Shown here one piece after another: positions 1-13,699 of a DNA stretch of 64,000 nt. This DNA is from the human T2T-CHM13v2.0 reference genome, Homo sapiens. Under the pieces are notes generated by a model. The model made no database searches. It had not been told where the DNA came from and was given only the letters and a program-made list of their open reading frames with translations. The stretch lies in assembly GCF_009914755.1 (NCBI RefSeq), contig NC_060944.1, one strand, 5' to 3'. Within the stretch, counting starts at the first letter, position 1, and the number at the start of each line of letters is the position of its first letter. A program made the position numbers and the translations under genes.

Positions 1-499
1 GCTTGCATAATGCTATACCCCCCAATCCCAGAGAACCCCGGTAGTGTCACCAGGTATTTTTATTATTATCATTATTATTTTCATCAGGTGACTGTGAATG
101 TTCACAATAAAAGTTGCAATTTTTATGAGCCATGAGCTGGCGTGTCCTGGCATGTCCTGGTTGTCAAGTTTCTGTGCATTTTGGTTCAAATGTTCCCTGC
201 CTGTGTTTATTCCTGGTCAGACCACACCTCCTGGGACTGTCTTTGTGGCTTTTGCTCAGCTGCTGACTCAAGTTGCAGAAGACATGGGGAATAGTAGAGC
301 AAGGTCTGCAAGATTCTGGCCTGAAGGAAAAGGCTCCATAGCTCTGCTTTTGAGCCATGGAAGCTGCCTGCCCCTCCCTTTTCCTGGAAGGTCCCATGAC
401 TAGTTTCCTAATACCAACTAGTCAAGAATATGTAGGGCTAAAGGGACATTAATATTAACATAAGTGATACAGTGAGGACCAGAAGCCTTGGATGTAAGG

Positions 500-745
500 G
501 AGAACACGTGAGCTTTCCGTCAGAGAAGACTAGGTTCAAATACCAGTCCTCCAAGGAAAGCCAGCTCCTTGCTGGGGACCTTGGGCTAGTGCTTAGTATC
601 TGATTTCTTCATCTGGAAAATAGCTATAATAATGGAACCCATCTTAGAGGGTTGGTTAACACTATATGAAAAAATGAAAGTTCAATGCACAGTCTGTGAT
701 CTGATATAGGTCAGGATGCAATATTGTTAATACTATTAGCTACTA
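500..745 (+). mobile_element. MIR SINE
   Basis: Diverged MIR core: gtcagagaagactaggttcaaatacc...gaccttgggc...tttcttcatctggaaaatag. Confidence 0.7.
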
Positions 746-1169
746 TAAATATTATTGGTAAGTAATAATTTCCTATAATTAATATAATAAACAATATTGT
801 ATCAAAATTATCTAAATCATTAATACTGATAAGCAATAATTATTTACTGGTAATTATAGATATTAATATTACACATTGATTGATCTTGCAGAACCTCTTT
901 TTCTTCATCTAGAAAGCAGAGATTAACATGGACATTGAAAAAAACCTCTGACTCTCTAGGGATTTTGTGAAGATGAATAAATGACTTTGAACAGTGCCTG
1001 GCCCTTTGCACAGTGCCTAGCCCTTCAGCCTGTAACAAGTGTTGCTGTTTTTAACGAGAGGTTAGTTGTCCTTCTCAGGCCCTCTGTAAAAGAATGTATT
1101 ACTTTGCTTTTCAGCCAGTGTGACTGTCTCATTCCAGCACTTCTATTGCTGTCTATAAAAGATGACTGT

Positions 1170-1580
<411 letters not shown>

Positions 1581-1930
1581 TCATGGGCCTGGTGACACCC
1601 AGCCATGAGGCTGGATGGGGGGCCCAGTCTCCTGGAGAAGATGATCCCTCGGCCTTGTATATCTCAATCCAGGCCCAAGGTCATGGATTCTTCCTGGCAG
1701 GCTAGGCTGATGGACTTGGTTTATGAGCTGCAGTCTGTGCCTAAAGACACCTAGGAGGAAGAGCTTAGCTGCTGAATGTACCTGGGGGACCTTCCCCACC
1801 TATGTTGTCTGCCTCAGTTGCCTCTTCCTTGGGAAGAGGTGCAGACAGAAGGTGGCAGACTCTGGGATAGATCCAGTAGAGCTGTAAAAAACAGGCTGGC
1901 TTGTGTCACAGCTTGCCTGTCCCTTTAAGC

Positions 1931-2370
1931 CAGGGCTTCTGGCAGACGGACCTTTGACAGTCTGGTGAAGCCTATGGATTCCTTCCTGAGGATAGTTTTA
2001 AATCCATAAGATAAAATATGTGGGGTTTCAAGGGAAACCAACTACATACCAATTTTTTTTTTTTTTGGAATTATACTACAGTAATGGATGTATTTCTCTA
2101 ATAGTCAATTAGAATGATATGAGGTAGGTGCTAAAAATATAATAATTTTGAAGTAGTAATGAGTGAAAATGGTACCATAGGGCATCCCTAGGATATACAA
2201 ATATTTGATTTCTTTTAGGGGCAAAGTCATGCAGCCTGCTAATGCTTCTGTGATTTGTGGTCTGTGTACATATTGAAAAGAAGTGAAACATTTCAGTTGA
2301 AGGTTAGAACAAATAAGGTGGAATTTTCTCTCCTGTCCAGGTTCACAGACCACATAATAAGGAGTCCCCA
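1931..2370 (+). mobile_element. hAT-Charlie relic (Charlie4a-like)
   Basis: ggacctttgacagtctggtgaagcctatgga...catttcagttgaaggttag...ccaggttcacagacc resembles the remembered Charlie4a consensus. Confidence 0.65.
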
Positions 2371-2591
2371 CTTTGCTCAGCTGGTCTCCTAAGTCTCTGT
2401 GCCATGAGAGGTCGTGGCCCCAACTTCTCTTTGTCTTGTCATCTCATTTGCGTCACAGCCTCTTGCGTGCTCTTTGACCTTTATGCAGTACCCCTGCACC
2501 CATGATCCAGGTCGCATCAGGCCTGTTTGTGCACTCTCAGAGTTTAACGGAAGAACCCATCTTTCATACTTCATTATTTAAAGAAGGCTAG

Positions 2592-2750
2592 ACTGATTTT
2601 AAAAGCACAATGTACATGAAAATCACCTGAAGTATTTGATAAAATCCATATTTCTATACCAACACCCTCAATTTGAGTTGATGGGTCTGAGGAGAGGCCC
2701 TGGTTTCTATATTTTAAAGAACTCCCTAAATGCTTCTGAGGAAGGTGCTG
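2592..2750. mobile_element. MER5-like hAT relic
   Basis: aaatcacctgaag...gggtctgaggagaggccc...attttaaagaactccc. Confidence 0.5.
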
Positions 2751-2909
2751 CTTGAACAAGAAGGTGCCCTTCTGCCAAGAGACAAGCCTTTTCCAGCTTG
2801 AAAACTATTATTTTACCATTCTATATTCTGAGCAGGAAATGAATGGACAGACTGTATGTAGCGATGTGATATACAAACAGGGATGGCAGCTACAAGAATG
2901 TGGAAGTGT

Positions 2910-3092
2910 GGAAGGAAGAAAGAAAGGAAAAAAGGAAGGAGGGGGAGAGAAGCAGAAAGGAAGAGAAAAATAAGGGAGGAAGAAAGAAAAGGAAGGAAAG
3001 AAAGGAAGAAAAAAGAAGGGAGGAAGGAAGAAGAAGAGAAGCATGGAGATAGGGAAGAAAGAAGGAAGAAAGGCAAAAAGAAAGGGAAAAGA
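2910..3092 (+). repeat. GA-rich low-complexity polypurine tract
   Basis: About 180 bp that is almost entirely G and A. Confidence 0.9.
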
Positions 3093-3524
3093 TGTTCTAA
3101 GGGCTATTAAACCTATGGGAAAGGAAATTTTTATCAGCAGAATCCAGAGATAATATAAATCAGCAAGAAGAAGGATAGATTGATTTTGAAATTCAACAAA
3201 TATTTATCATGTGCTTGCTACATTCTAGGGCAGGGGTTGAAATCTCAAACACACAGAGGAGCCAGGCAAGATGGTGCTGATATAAAAGATTCAGGGTTCT
3301 CTCGGTCTTCTATTTTTGCAATTTGAGGTAAACAGTTTGGCTGCATAAGAAAAACAACAGGCTGAATGTAAGAGTTCATGCTGTCAAACTTTGGTTCACA
3401 GCATCCGGCATGGCTACCTAGGGCCTTGCTTTGTGTACACATGAAATCTATCTTCCATATTCTCCAATTTTTCAAGACAATTTGACATTTTATAGAAATC
3501 TCTTTATGAATAGATATTGGAAGC

Positions 3525-4145
3525 TATTTTAGTACTATTTCTGCAAAACAAATTTACTTAAAATGTATCCACTTTAAAACAATCATTTTATTTTTCCCAT
3601 GGATTATGTTGGTTGGAATTCAGGCAAAGTGGAGCTGTTTTTTTTTTTTTTTTTTTTTTTTACTTCACCACGTCTGAAGCCTCAGATGGTCAGACTCAAA
3701 GGCTGGGGGAAGTGAGGGTAGCAACTAAACATCTAAGGGCTAGGATCACCTAGAGGCTCACTTACATGTCTAGTGCTTAGGCTGGGAAGACTCAATGATC
3801 AGGACTATTAACTGGAGCAACTTAATGTGGCTTTCCCATGTGGCTTGACATCATGGCGGGCTCAAGGTAGTGGGACTCATTCCACTGTGGCTCAGAGCAT
3901 CAAGCACAAGTGTTCCTGCAAAGAAGGAGGGAGCTGCATGGCCTTTTATGATCCAGTCTTAGAAGTCATACAACATCACTTCAGTCATACTATATTGGTC
4001 AAAACCGTTCCAAGCCCAACCAGATTCAAAGACAGGAAAGATAGTCTCTACTTCTTGATGGGGAAGTGACAAGTTTACATTCTAGAAGAGCGTGAGAGCG
4101 AGAGATATTATTGCAGGCATCTTTGAAAAATAGAATTTGCTGTCA
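3525..4145 (-). mobile_element. MaLR solo LTR (MLT1G/H-like)
   Basis: gagctgcatggccttttatga...agaagtcatacaacatcacttc...catctttgaaaaatagaatttgc is the reverse complement of an MLT1 5' region. Confidence 0.85.
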
Positions 4146-4170
4146 TAACTAATTCAAAACTTTGTTTTAT

Positions 4171-4470
<300 letters not shown>

Positions 4471-5373
4471 TTAAAAATAAGTTAAACACAGTGTGTACAG
4501 CATAATGCATGTTTGTAGGCTAGCATAACAGAGGGTTGCACTAGTTTTTTACCTCTGTTACAGGGTATAAAAATTCGGAGATGATTAAGATTTGGCTCCT
4601 CTTCAGAGAACGCAGTCTTATATTTTGGAATTTTGGAATCTCTATGAATTACATATTTATACTTTTTGTACCCTTGCTGGAGTTGAGGAGAGTTGGATGA
4701 AAGTAGGGAGGGTACTGAGACTAGGAGGCAGCTATTTATTAGAATAACCTGGAAAATGGACCAATCCCCCCCATTCCCAGCCCCAAGAAGTTTACCTCTA
4801 TCCAGAAGAGGAGCATTTGCATTTTTAATATTTTGAGAAGGTTCAGAAACCCGAGCTTCCTACTGCTTCCTATTGAGAAGCACTGTTCTAAACAGACTTC
4901 TACATTGCAATTGGTACTCACATATTTAGACATCAGTCTTACCGCTTAAATTCTTCATTTGCTTGTAAAAGCCATGTAGCTCTAAACTCAGAATAATCCA
5001 TTGTCTACTGCCCTTCATCCCTCATGATCAAGTTTTTCTAAATATGTTTGGAAATTGACATGTGATTTAAAAATAACTTAAAGTATGTCTGATAGCCCAG
5101 ATAAGGACATGTACTTTGTAGTGCCATTCATGGAAATAGTGACCTTGAAAAAAAATTCTGGAGGGCCTTCCTCTCATCTTCCTTTCTCCAGTTCCTATGG
5201 ATATGGAAGGATAGGGCTAAGAATTGCTGTCTGCCTTCTGACTTAATAAGGAGACTTTTGCTCAAATAAACACTGAGTTCTTTTTTTTTTTTTTCCAAGC
5301 CATTCACCAACTCATATAATGTATCTTTGTGAGGTCTGTTCCTTCCATAGGATAATTCAGAAAGTTATACCTA

Positions 5374-5524
5374 GGCTGGGCACAGAGGCTCACACTGATG
5401 ATCCCAGCACCTTCAGTGGCTGAGGTGGTTAGGATTGCTTGAGGCCAGGAGTTCAAGACCAGCGTGGGCTACACAACGAGCCTCCATCTCTATGAAAAAA
5501 TTTGAAAACATAATTTTTTAAAAG
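5374..5524 (+). mobile_element. Free left Alu monomer (FLAM_C-like)
   Basis: Single arm ggctgggcacagaggctcac...ccatctcta with an A-rich tail; TSD gaaagttatacct at 5360-5372 and 5525-5537. Confidence 0.9.
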
Positions 5525-6153
5525 GAAAGTTATACCTGGGCCAGGGATTCTGTACCGTTCATGATCTTGTATTCCAGGGTGTGTAATATTAGGAAGGTTT
5601 AGGTTTATTGTCTAAATGTTAATTGTGTAAATAAGGTGGTAACCATGGCAGCCCAATCCCACCCCCCTCAGCATCGGCAGGTGGCCAGGGAGGTGTGATC
5701 ACAACTTCTATCTGAGCTCACCTTTGCAGGTAATGGGGCAGGTATGTGGCATTAAAGAGCAGGAAGGCCAGCAAGGGTTGGTAATTGTTTAACTCTTCCA
5801 GTGGCACTCCTCTGAGTACATGGACCACACCTGCAAACCTGGCAGGACGTGCCGTGCATGACTGGACGGAGGCACTGATACACTCGGAGCCAAGGAATGG
5901 GTTTAGGCAGGAGCTCAGGGCTGAAATAGGGAGCCCAGCCTGCCGGGCTGCTTGAAATCTCAGGACTCATAATGCTTGTGCTTTAGGGAGACAACTGCTC
6001 ATTAGCTGGATGAAATTAACCAGTCATGTCACCTTTTGACACCTCAATTTCCTCATTACTGAATAGTGAGGGATTTGAACATATTATCCCTAAGCTACCT
6101 TTTAGCTCTAACATAGACTGAGTATAGTCTATGTCAAGACTCTGACTAGAGTG

Positions 6154-6344
6154 TAGGTGTTTTCAGATTGGAAGAATTATCAGAATCACTTGGAGAACTC
6201 AACAAAACACAAACCACTGAGCTCCACCCCCACCCAGATTACTGATTCTAAAGATCTGAGGTGGGGCCTGAGAATCTGCATTTCTAACAAGTACCCAAAT
6301 GTTGCTAAGCTGCTGATTTGGGGCCCATAGTTTGAGAACCACTG
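6154..6344 (-). mobile_element. MER5A hAT-Charlie MITE
   Basis: cagaatcacttggag...gtggggcctgagaatctgcatttctaacaag...tttgagaaccactg. Confidence 0.88.
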
Positions 6345-6779
6345 TTCTGGTCTGTTATTGCTTGGTTATGTTCTGGGGATTTTCCTGGGCCACCTCATGT
6401 AGCTGCAACATTCTATAAAGAGGGCTCCTTTGCTCAAGGAGTGAGGTTTTATTTCCTGAATTTTCCCAGCCCTTTGTTGTTAATTTTTCCACCAGACTGG
6501 GCATCTTTGGAACATCAGAGTTTGAAAAGAGAAAACAAAATGAGGCATAGCTCATTCGATTAGGCCAAGGGGCCATATTTTTACCAGCTTTATGTCTTAT
6601 GACTTGCCTAGTACTGTTTCTTAGGAGGAGGAGGGAGAGTAATTAAACATTTTCTGGACTTAATATTCAACTTGCATTGCCTTAGTTAATACTATTTATA
6701 ATCTGATTTGAAATATATTCAGCACAGACAGTGTGATATATACTTGGGATTCATTTTTATCTATACTCTAGGAGCTCAT

Positions 6780-7325
6780 TGTATGCTGCTTCTAAAATAG
6801 CTCTTAATGATTTCCACCTCCTAGTATTCACACCCTTGTGTAATCCACTCCCTCTCCATGTGGGTTAACCCTGGTGACTTGTTTCCAAACTAATAGAATG
6901 TGACAAAGGTGATGGGATGTCACTTTTGAGATTAGAATATAAAACACTGTGACTTCCATCTTTCACTCTTTCTGCTGCTGGCCATTTCCTCTCTGGCTTT
7001 TCCTGAATGCTTGCTGTGATGATGAATTCAGAGAGGCCTGCATGGCAAGGAAGGGTGAGTGACTTCCTGCTAACTTCCAACAGGAACTGCAGTCCACACC
7101 CTTAAGACTGGGCTTGGAAGTCGATCCCTCCCCAGTCAAGCTTTCCAATGAGACCACAGAAAAGACCAACCCCTTGATCACAGTCTTCAAGGAGACCCTG
7201 AGGCAGAGGACCTAGTTAAGTCCTGTCAAGATTTCTGAAGCACAAACACTGAGTCAATGAATGTGTGTTGTTACAAGCTGCCAGGTTAAAGATAATTTTT
7301 AATGCAACGTGAGATAATTAACACA
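6780..7325 (+). mobile_element. MaLR solo LTR (MLT1F-like)
   Basis: ccacctcctagtattcacacccttgtgtaatcc...ggagaccctgaggcagagga...agataattaacaca. Confidence 0.85.
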
Positions 7326-7399
7326 AATCTATTGACAAAGGATGTTTCTTAGGGACTAGGTAGTCAACATTTGGAAAACTCAAATCATAAGACCACACT

Positions 7400-7583
7400 T
7401 AATGGTAATGCAGAGCCAGATTGAACTGGTTTGTGAGGGGTGCTTGTACACAACTCTTTCTAACTCCGTATACAGAGATGGCATGTTAATATAGTAGCTT
7501 GAAGTAAGCATGATGGGAATACTTATGCAATGAAAACCAGCAAGCAATACAATTTTGAGATGCCTTTTACTAGCATAGCACTG
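7400..7583 (+). mobile_element. MER63A-like hAT relic
   Basis: ctctttctaactccg...gtagcttgaag...ttttactagcatagcactg; similar to the element at 44088-44883. Confidence 0.6.
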
Positions 7584-8954
7584 TACTTTAAAAACCCTAC
7601 TCTAAGCCCTAGCTCTCACTGTATCTTTGGTGAATAACAGAATCCTGGTATATTTGCATAATGGTGTGCAGAGAGTGTTGTTGCATTCATGAAGCCAGGG
7701 TTGTTAAAATCACGTGGATTGTGGGATAATATTACACAGGGCTGCTCCCTTGTGTGAACAGGGTGGGTGACCCCAAGAGTCTGCAAACTTCTGAATAGCA
7801 TCTTTAGCCTAGGAATATGAAATAATCCCAACTCTGTTTATAGCAGGTCATCAATACCTGAATTGGGTGAAATTTTGGCATGGAAGTATATATATTTTTA
7901 ATCTGTCTCAAGTGTACCTTCTGGGAAAGGCTCTGTGGAAGCATCTAGCTAGACAGAGAATTAAGTAAGGAATTCCTGGCACTTGGTACCTCCTTGCAAA
8001 TAAATATTTGTATTTGGGGAAATTTATCTCTGACAATTACTTTTATTGCTACATATTACCTGATGGGAAGGTTGGGGAGAAGAGACTTAGCTTACCTCTA
8101 TTTGTTGAGAGCTACCAATATCAATAGAAAAGGAACTAGTAATTGCAAATGATCAAATCCACTGAGGTCAGTTTGTGGGATAAATCATTACAGTAACCAT
8201 AAAATACAGATATGCTACAAGTCTTCATTTTACACTTGAAGAATTTGGAGTACAGGCATGGTGGTCATCTAACTGAGTTTAAGAAGCTTGTACATGACAA
8301 ACAAAGTTAAAGGGCTCCAAATCAGCTCTGACCCCAAAATCATGTTTCTAATCTCTCTGCTAGAGGTCACTCCTCCCCCTTTTCACTGTTATAGCCTGAA
8401 AACCTTAGAGGGGAAATTCCAGGGAAGGAAACTTCACAGGCTCAAGTTTCACAGTCTTCCCTGACAGGAAATCCTAGCTAACCTTGAACTTCAGGGTCAT
8501 CTGTTGTGGTTTAACACCATTTTTTCATTTCTAGTTAAAAGGGCAGCTCTGCTCACTGTCCCTTGCATGTCATGCCCTGAAAACATCTCAACTCCCTCTT
8601 GTTACTGCCTGAAAAATGGATTCCCCGAAATAATAAGTCCTCCAAATTCAGACATCAGCTTTCCTCAGTTAATTTCTGCATCATCATTTATAATATTGGA
8701 AGGTTCTTACTTTTAAGAAAATTTGGACCAATGCCCCAAATGGTCTTCCCATCTCAGAGCAACCAAAAAATGTGACTGTGGCTGCTGCCAGGACCCCTAC
8801 ATGCAAATGACCAGACTGTAGAGAGTTAAGTCTTGGGACCCACACATTTCTCCCAGGGGAAGTCATTATTTCAGGGCTTTTCACTGTGTTCATGAATTTC
8901 TTCTGTGATCTAGGCCTTGGGGAGAAAGAACATTCACCTAATTTCCTATAAAAG

Positions 8955-9195
8955 GCACTGTAGTGTAGCATAGAAGTAAAGACAATCAGTGTTCACATCA
9001 TAGTTTTGTCTTTTATGGCCCGTATAATCTTGGGAAAATTACTTAACGTCTCCGTGCTAATGTTTTCTTATCTGTGAAATGGAGGTGTGAGTACTGCCCA
9101 TCTCATGAGTCATGAAAAGGATTAAATACATTAAGCTCTATGAAGCGCCTGGAGCAGTGCCCAGCATGCCAAAATACTCAGTTAATGTTACTTCT
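8955..9195 (+). mobile_element. MIR SINE
   Basis: cttgggaaaattacttaac...atctgtgaaatgg...ggattaaat...cagtgcccagca. Confidence 0.8.
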
Positions 9196-9330
9196 TACAC
9201 ATGGTGGGCCTGTTTATCACTGCTACTTCCTGGAAGTCCCCGTGCGTAATGGAAAGGATAGCTTTGTGCTGTCCTGCTTGTAGCCAACCAGTTTCTTAGT
9301 TCATTCAGCTTGCTTTTTGTACTCCAGGAG

Positions 9331-9849
9331 TGTATCAGTTAGCTCTTGCTATGTAACAAATTTCTCCAAATTTAGCAGCTTACAACAACAAACATTTATT
9401 ATCTCCAGTTTTTGCAGGTCAGAAATTTCTGAGTAGCTTAGCTGGGAGGTTCTGGCTATGGGTCTTTCATGAGGTTGCAGTCAAGTGGTTGGCTTGGTTC
9501 AGTCAATTTCAGGCTCAACTGGAGGATGATCCATTTCCAAGCTCACCCACAAGGATGCTGTCAGGCCTCAGTTCCTCACCATGTGGGCCTCTACACAGAC
9601 TGTCTAAATGTCCTCATGACATAACAGATGGCTTGCTCCAGGGACTAGAGAGAAAGAGAGAGATAGAGAGAGAAAAAAAATGTAAGCAAAAGACAAAATC
9701 TTTTATACTCTAATCTATAACTTATGCCATATTCTATTTGTTAGAAGCATGTCACTAAGTCCAACCCATACTGAAGGGGTAGGGAATTAGGCTCCACCTC
9801 TTGTGGGAACAAATATCAAAAACAAATGTGACATATTTTTAAAACCACA
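9331..9849 (-). mobile_element. MaLR solo LTR (MLT1F2-like)
   Basis: tgtatcagttagc...gggaattaggctccacctctt...atatttttaaaaccaca, with TG...CA ends. Confidence 0.85.
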
Positions 9850-10140
9850 AGTGTCTTTTACAACCCATATATCTTAGAAATTTTAAAGTTTAAGTGCACT
9901 TTGGAGATCAACTAGCACAGCTGCCTCAGTTAAGAGATGAGAAGAATAACTCAAGAGACTTGCACAAGGTCACACAACTAACTGGCCCCAGGGACTGGAT
10001 TCAGCTCTCTTACTGTTGTTATGTGCAGCTGTACCTCATTTTCAAGTCATGTCGATGGAGTCACTTCACTGATATGCTGTGGCACATCCTGAAGCCCTAG
10101 GCTACTGAGAGATTGAAACTTGTATATGATATCTTTAGAC

Positions 10141-10442
10141 TTGCACTGTCTAGTATGGTAGTCAATAGCTACATGTGTTGTGAGTTACATGTGGTGTCAA
10201 ATATACATCAGATTTCCAAGAGTTAGTATTGAAAATGTAAATTATCTTATTATTTCATATTGATTACATGTTGAAGTAGTATTATTTTGGATATATTGAG
10301 TTAAATAAAATATATTGTTAAAATTCATTTTCTCTATTTTTTTTTTTTTTTTTTTACTTTTTTAATGTGGCTACTAGAAAACTTGAAATTCCGTATGTGG
10401 CTTGCATTGCATTTCTATTGCTTATTTGTATTTCTGCTGTTG
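10141..10442 (+). mobile_element. MER33 hAT-Charlie element
   Basis: gattacatgttgaa...ttttggatatattgagttaaataaaatatatt...aatgtggctactagaaa; TSD-like 8-mers ctttagac and ctctagat. Confidence 0.88.
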
Positions 10443-10830
10443 CTCTAGATTAACCAAACTGATCTCCACATTCTCCATGTCTTTGGTCTATCAGAGTCTT
10501 GCTTTTACTTCCATTTCTGTTTCCAGCCACGGTGACTGAGTCACAGCAACACAGGCTGCTCCAAGGCCTCTGTTCTCTGCTGACTCTGCAGAGTGGGTGC
10601 CTGTGATTTTACAGGTCTGCTCCTTCAGACCTTTCTGAACAACACTAATAACTAAGGGTGTCCTGTACAACTGCAACAATGGTTTCCAATGGTGTGTGCT
10701 CTGGTGAGCTCAAAACATTCCCTGAGGACTGAACTTCCACTCAAAAGCTGGGTCCCAACACTCTACTTCCTCTTTTTAAAGACCCTACCAGACTAAGTAA
10801 CCCTAACTAGATCCATTACATACTGTTTAT

Positions 10831-10987
10831 TTCCTTCCTTCCTTCCTTCCTTCCTTCCTTCCTTCCTTCCTTCTTTCCTCCTCCCTCCCTCCGTCCCTCC
10901 ATCTCTTCTTCCCTTCCTGCCTCTCTTCCTCCCTTCCTCCCTTCATTTTTTCCTCTCTCTCTCTCTCTGTCTGTCTCTCTTTCCTTC
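10831..10987 (+). repeat. (TTCC)10 followed by a degenerate polypyrimidine tract
   Basis: Read directly from the sequence. Confidence 0.95.
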
Positions 10988-12274
10988 TAAATTCTGAGTC
11001 AACACAGAAAAATTCAAGCCCAGATTTGGTCTTGAAGACTATTGTAAATAAAGTGATCAATTGAATCTCCCTGGACTGAACATTTGGACTGAACATTTGG
11101 AAGAGTGATTAGTGAGAGGAGTTAAAAGACAATCAATTCAGGGTCTTGCCATTTATTGAACAGATTTTCAGCCCCTTCACTGTAGGGTATTGTTTTCAGA
11201 AGATCTGCCTGCCCGGGATTCTTGGTTATAATTCCTCTCATGACTGGGGAAGATAAATATCTTTCACAGTAATTTAAAGTGGTTAGTCTGCACTCTCTCT
11301 AAACAGCTTCCTTCCATTGATCAACGGGTGGGCCATGAAGCCTCTTGCAGGCCTCTGCCCCTAATCACCCTTCTTGTTGACATTCCAAACTGCTAAGCTC
11401 ACAAATGTACTGGGAGGACAGTAGCTAGAGGACACTTATTCCCTAAGAGAGAATCCTTGACTTTCACGGTATGTGACTTTGTTATTTTCCCATCCTTGTA
11501 AGGGCTTGACATTGTTTCAGAAAATAGTGTTGAATTGGGGAATGTCGTTTTCAGTTTCTTTCTCACTGACCCATGCCATTCAATGTCTTCATCCTCCTCA
11601 AAACCTTTTTTGGAATAAGGCAGGAAATAAATAAATAAATAAATGAAACTGTCTCTAATGTAAAATGAGTTGGGTAGTTTGAAGATGTTTCCTCTGAAAC
11701 ACTTGAAGGAAGATAAAGACTGAAAAGAGAGAAACTGCTATATTTTAGATGTAAACAAGAACAAGGGCCATTGGATAAATATGGTAAATTATACAGGGCT
11801 AGCATTTTGATAACTTGTGATCTGGAGAAAGTATAAGTTGGCACTTCCACTTTTTTTTTTTTTTTGGTTTTGTTTTTGATAATTGTATGCAGCATAGAAA
11901 TCCCATAGCTCCCAAATCTTCTACTCCAACTGCCATTTGAAATTCTACCACAGTCCTATGTATCATCAATGACCTCCCCAATTTGGCCACAAAGGATACT
12001 GAGATCTTCTAAGTAGAGCTAGAATCAAACAGGAAACCATGTGAGTATGAGCAAAAGGGTAAGAGAAGTAAGAAAGCTGGTTTAGATCAGAAAAGACATC
12101 TCCTCCCCCCAGAATTTTCTGGAAGATGACATTTTGTAACAATAAGTTTATTTCCAGTTTGTAAATCTTTTGGTTACATAAAACAGGACCATGTCTATGT
12201 CAAGCAATGGAGGTTACTGTTGAGTTACTATGACGATGGCACAGGCAGAAGCTAGTGCCTCCCTTAGACTAGGG

Positions 12275-12502
12275 CAGTAGTTCTCAACAGTGGGTGGGAG
12301 CAGGTAGAGATTTTGCCTCTGGAGGACATTTGACAATGTCTGGGGACATTTTTGATTGTCATAGTTACAGAGGAGAATGCTGGCATCTAATGGGTAGAGC
12401 CCAGGGACACTACTAAACATCCTCCAAATGCACAGGACAGCTCTTGACAACAAAGAATTATCCAGCTCAAAATGTCGATAGTGCTGAGGATGAAAAACCC
12501 TG
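12275..12502 (+). mobile_element. MER20 hAT-Charlie element
   Basis: cagtagttctcaac...ggacatttgacaatgtctgg...tgcacaggacag...caacaaagaattatcc...aaaccctg; full length. Confidence 0.93.
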
Positions 12503-13524
12503 AACAAGGACAAGAGGTGACCCCCTACTCCCTGTGTGGCCCTGTGACCTGGAGGACTTTGTAAACTAAACATCAAAAAACAAGGACAATAAATATTGTT
12601 TTTGGTTTTCACATTCATAATAAAATTCTTTACTTGATTGAGTATAAAGTTTTAAGACAAGAGAAGCTGACAAGCAATAGACAACCATGTTGCCCATCAT
12701 AAAACCTTTATTTATATTCAGAGAACAGACATTGAGTTTCAGTTAAGTTTCCCTTGGAAATAATCATGCAAAGGCTGTATCATTAAGCATTGTAACAGGT
12801 AGATGAGGATAAGTCTTCCTCATCCCTAAAATTCTTCTGAAGTAGAATAGACACCCACCTGCCTGGAGTGGTTAAGGTAAGAAGGAAGGACAGGTAATCC
12901 TGGAGAGAGGTACTGCCCCTCCACTTCGCTAGTATTTGCAGGTCTAGATTCTATCTTTCTAAATATTACAGAATGACTCAATAGCACATTCTACTAAAAA
13001 ATGGTAATGTATCATTTAAAAACTCTTCAAAAAATGGTTTTGAAACTGCACTTACTGTTGCTTATTATACTATCTTGATCATAATTTTGTAATGTTTGAG
13101 AGAGGTACTCTCTCCTCACCTCCCCCTCACCTCTCAGATCCATCAGCCATCCTTCTCTGCCTTGTTCTGTGTCCCTGGGGATGGACCCTTACTGATTACA
13201 GCATGTGAATTCTCTTGTTCTTTAGCTTCTACCTGGCTGAGCTAATGCGAGGTGCTGGCAGGGGAACAGAGAGAAAGAGTAGAAAGGACTCAGAATACTT
13301 ATTCTCCTGCCCTTACCCAGCCTTGGCACCTCTTGCCTGGTAGTGGCTACCGGTGTCCATGATTACAGCTTCTGCTTGGTGGAAACTTCTTTGCGGTTCC
13401 AGTTTTTTCTGGCTCTGTCAACCCTATTTTTATTTTTTTGTCTTTCAGGTCAATTGGAAAAGGCCTCTAGCTGTTGCTGGACTCAGAGTTCCTCAACATC
13501 TTTTATCAGTTCCATTAAAACTAT

Positions 13525-13679
13525 GGGGAGGGATAACATTAGGAGAAATACCTAATGTAGGTGACGGGTTGATGGGTGCAGCAAACCACCAGGGCACGTG
13601 TATATCTTGTCACAAAACTGCACGTTCTGCACACATAACCCAGAAGTTAAGGTTTAATAAATAAAATACAATAAATAAA
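13525..13679 (+). mobile_element. L1PA 3' end (L1PA8-like), heavily 5'-truncated
   Basis: ggataacattaggagaaatacctaatgtaggtgacgggttgatgggtgcagcaaaccacc with an A-rich tail; TSD aaaactat at 13517-13524 and 13680-13687. Confidence 0.92.
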
Positions 13680-13699
13680 AAAACTATCAATATCTCATA

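Noticed and set aside
3638-3661. T24 run inside MLT1 as a tail-only retroposon insertion
   Set aside because: No TSD is discernible; simple homopolymer expansion is sufficient.
6111-6134. Hairpin ACATAGACT-N6-AGTCTATGT
   Set aside because: A 9-bp stem is expected by chance about once in a window of this size, and it is too short for a pre-miRNA.
11072-11100. 13-bp tandem duplication tggactgaacatt (a similar 12-bp case lies at 47680-47703)
   Set aside because: Ordinary slippage micro-duplications with no spacer structure; not CRISPR-like.
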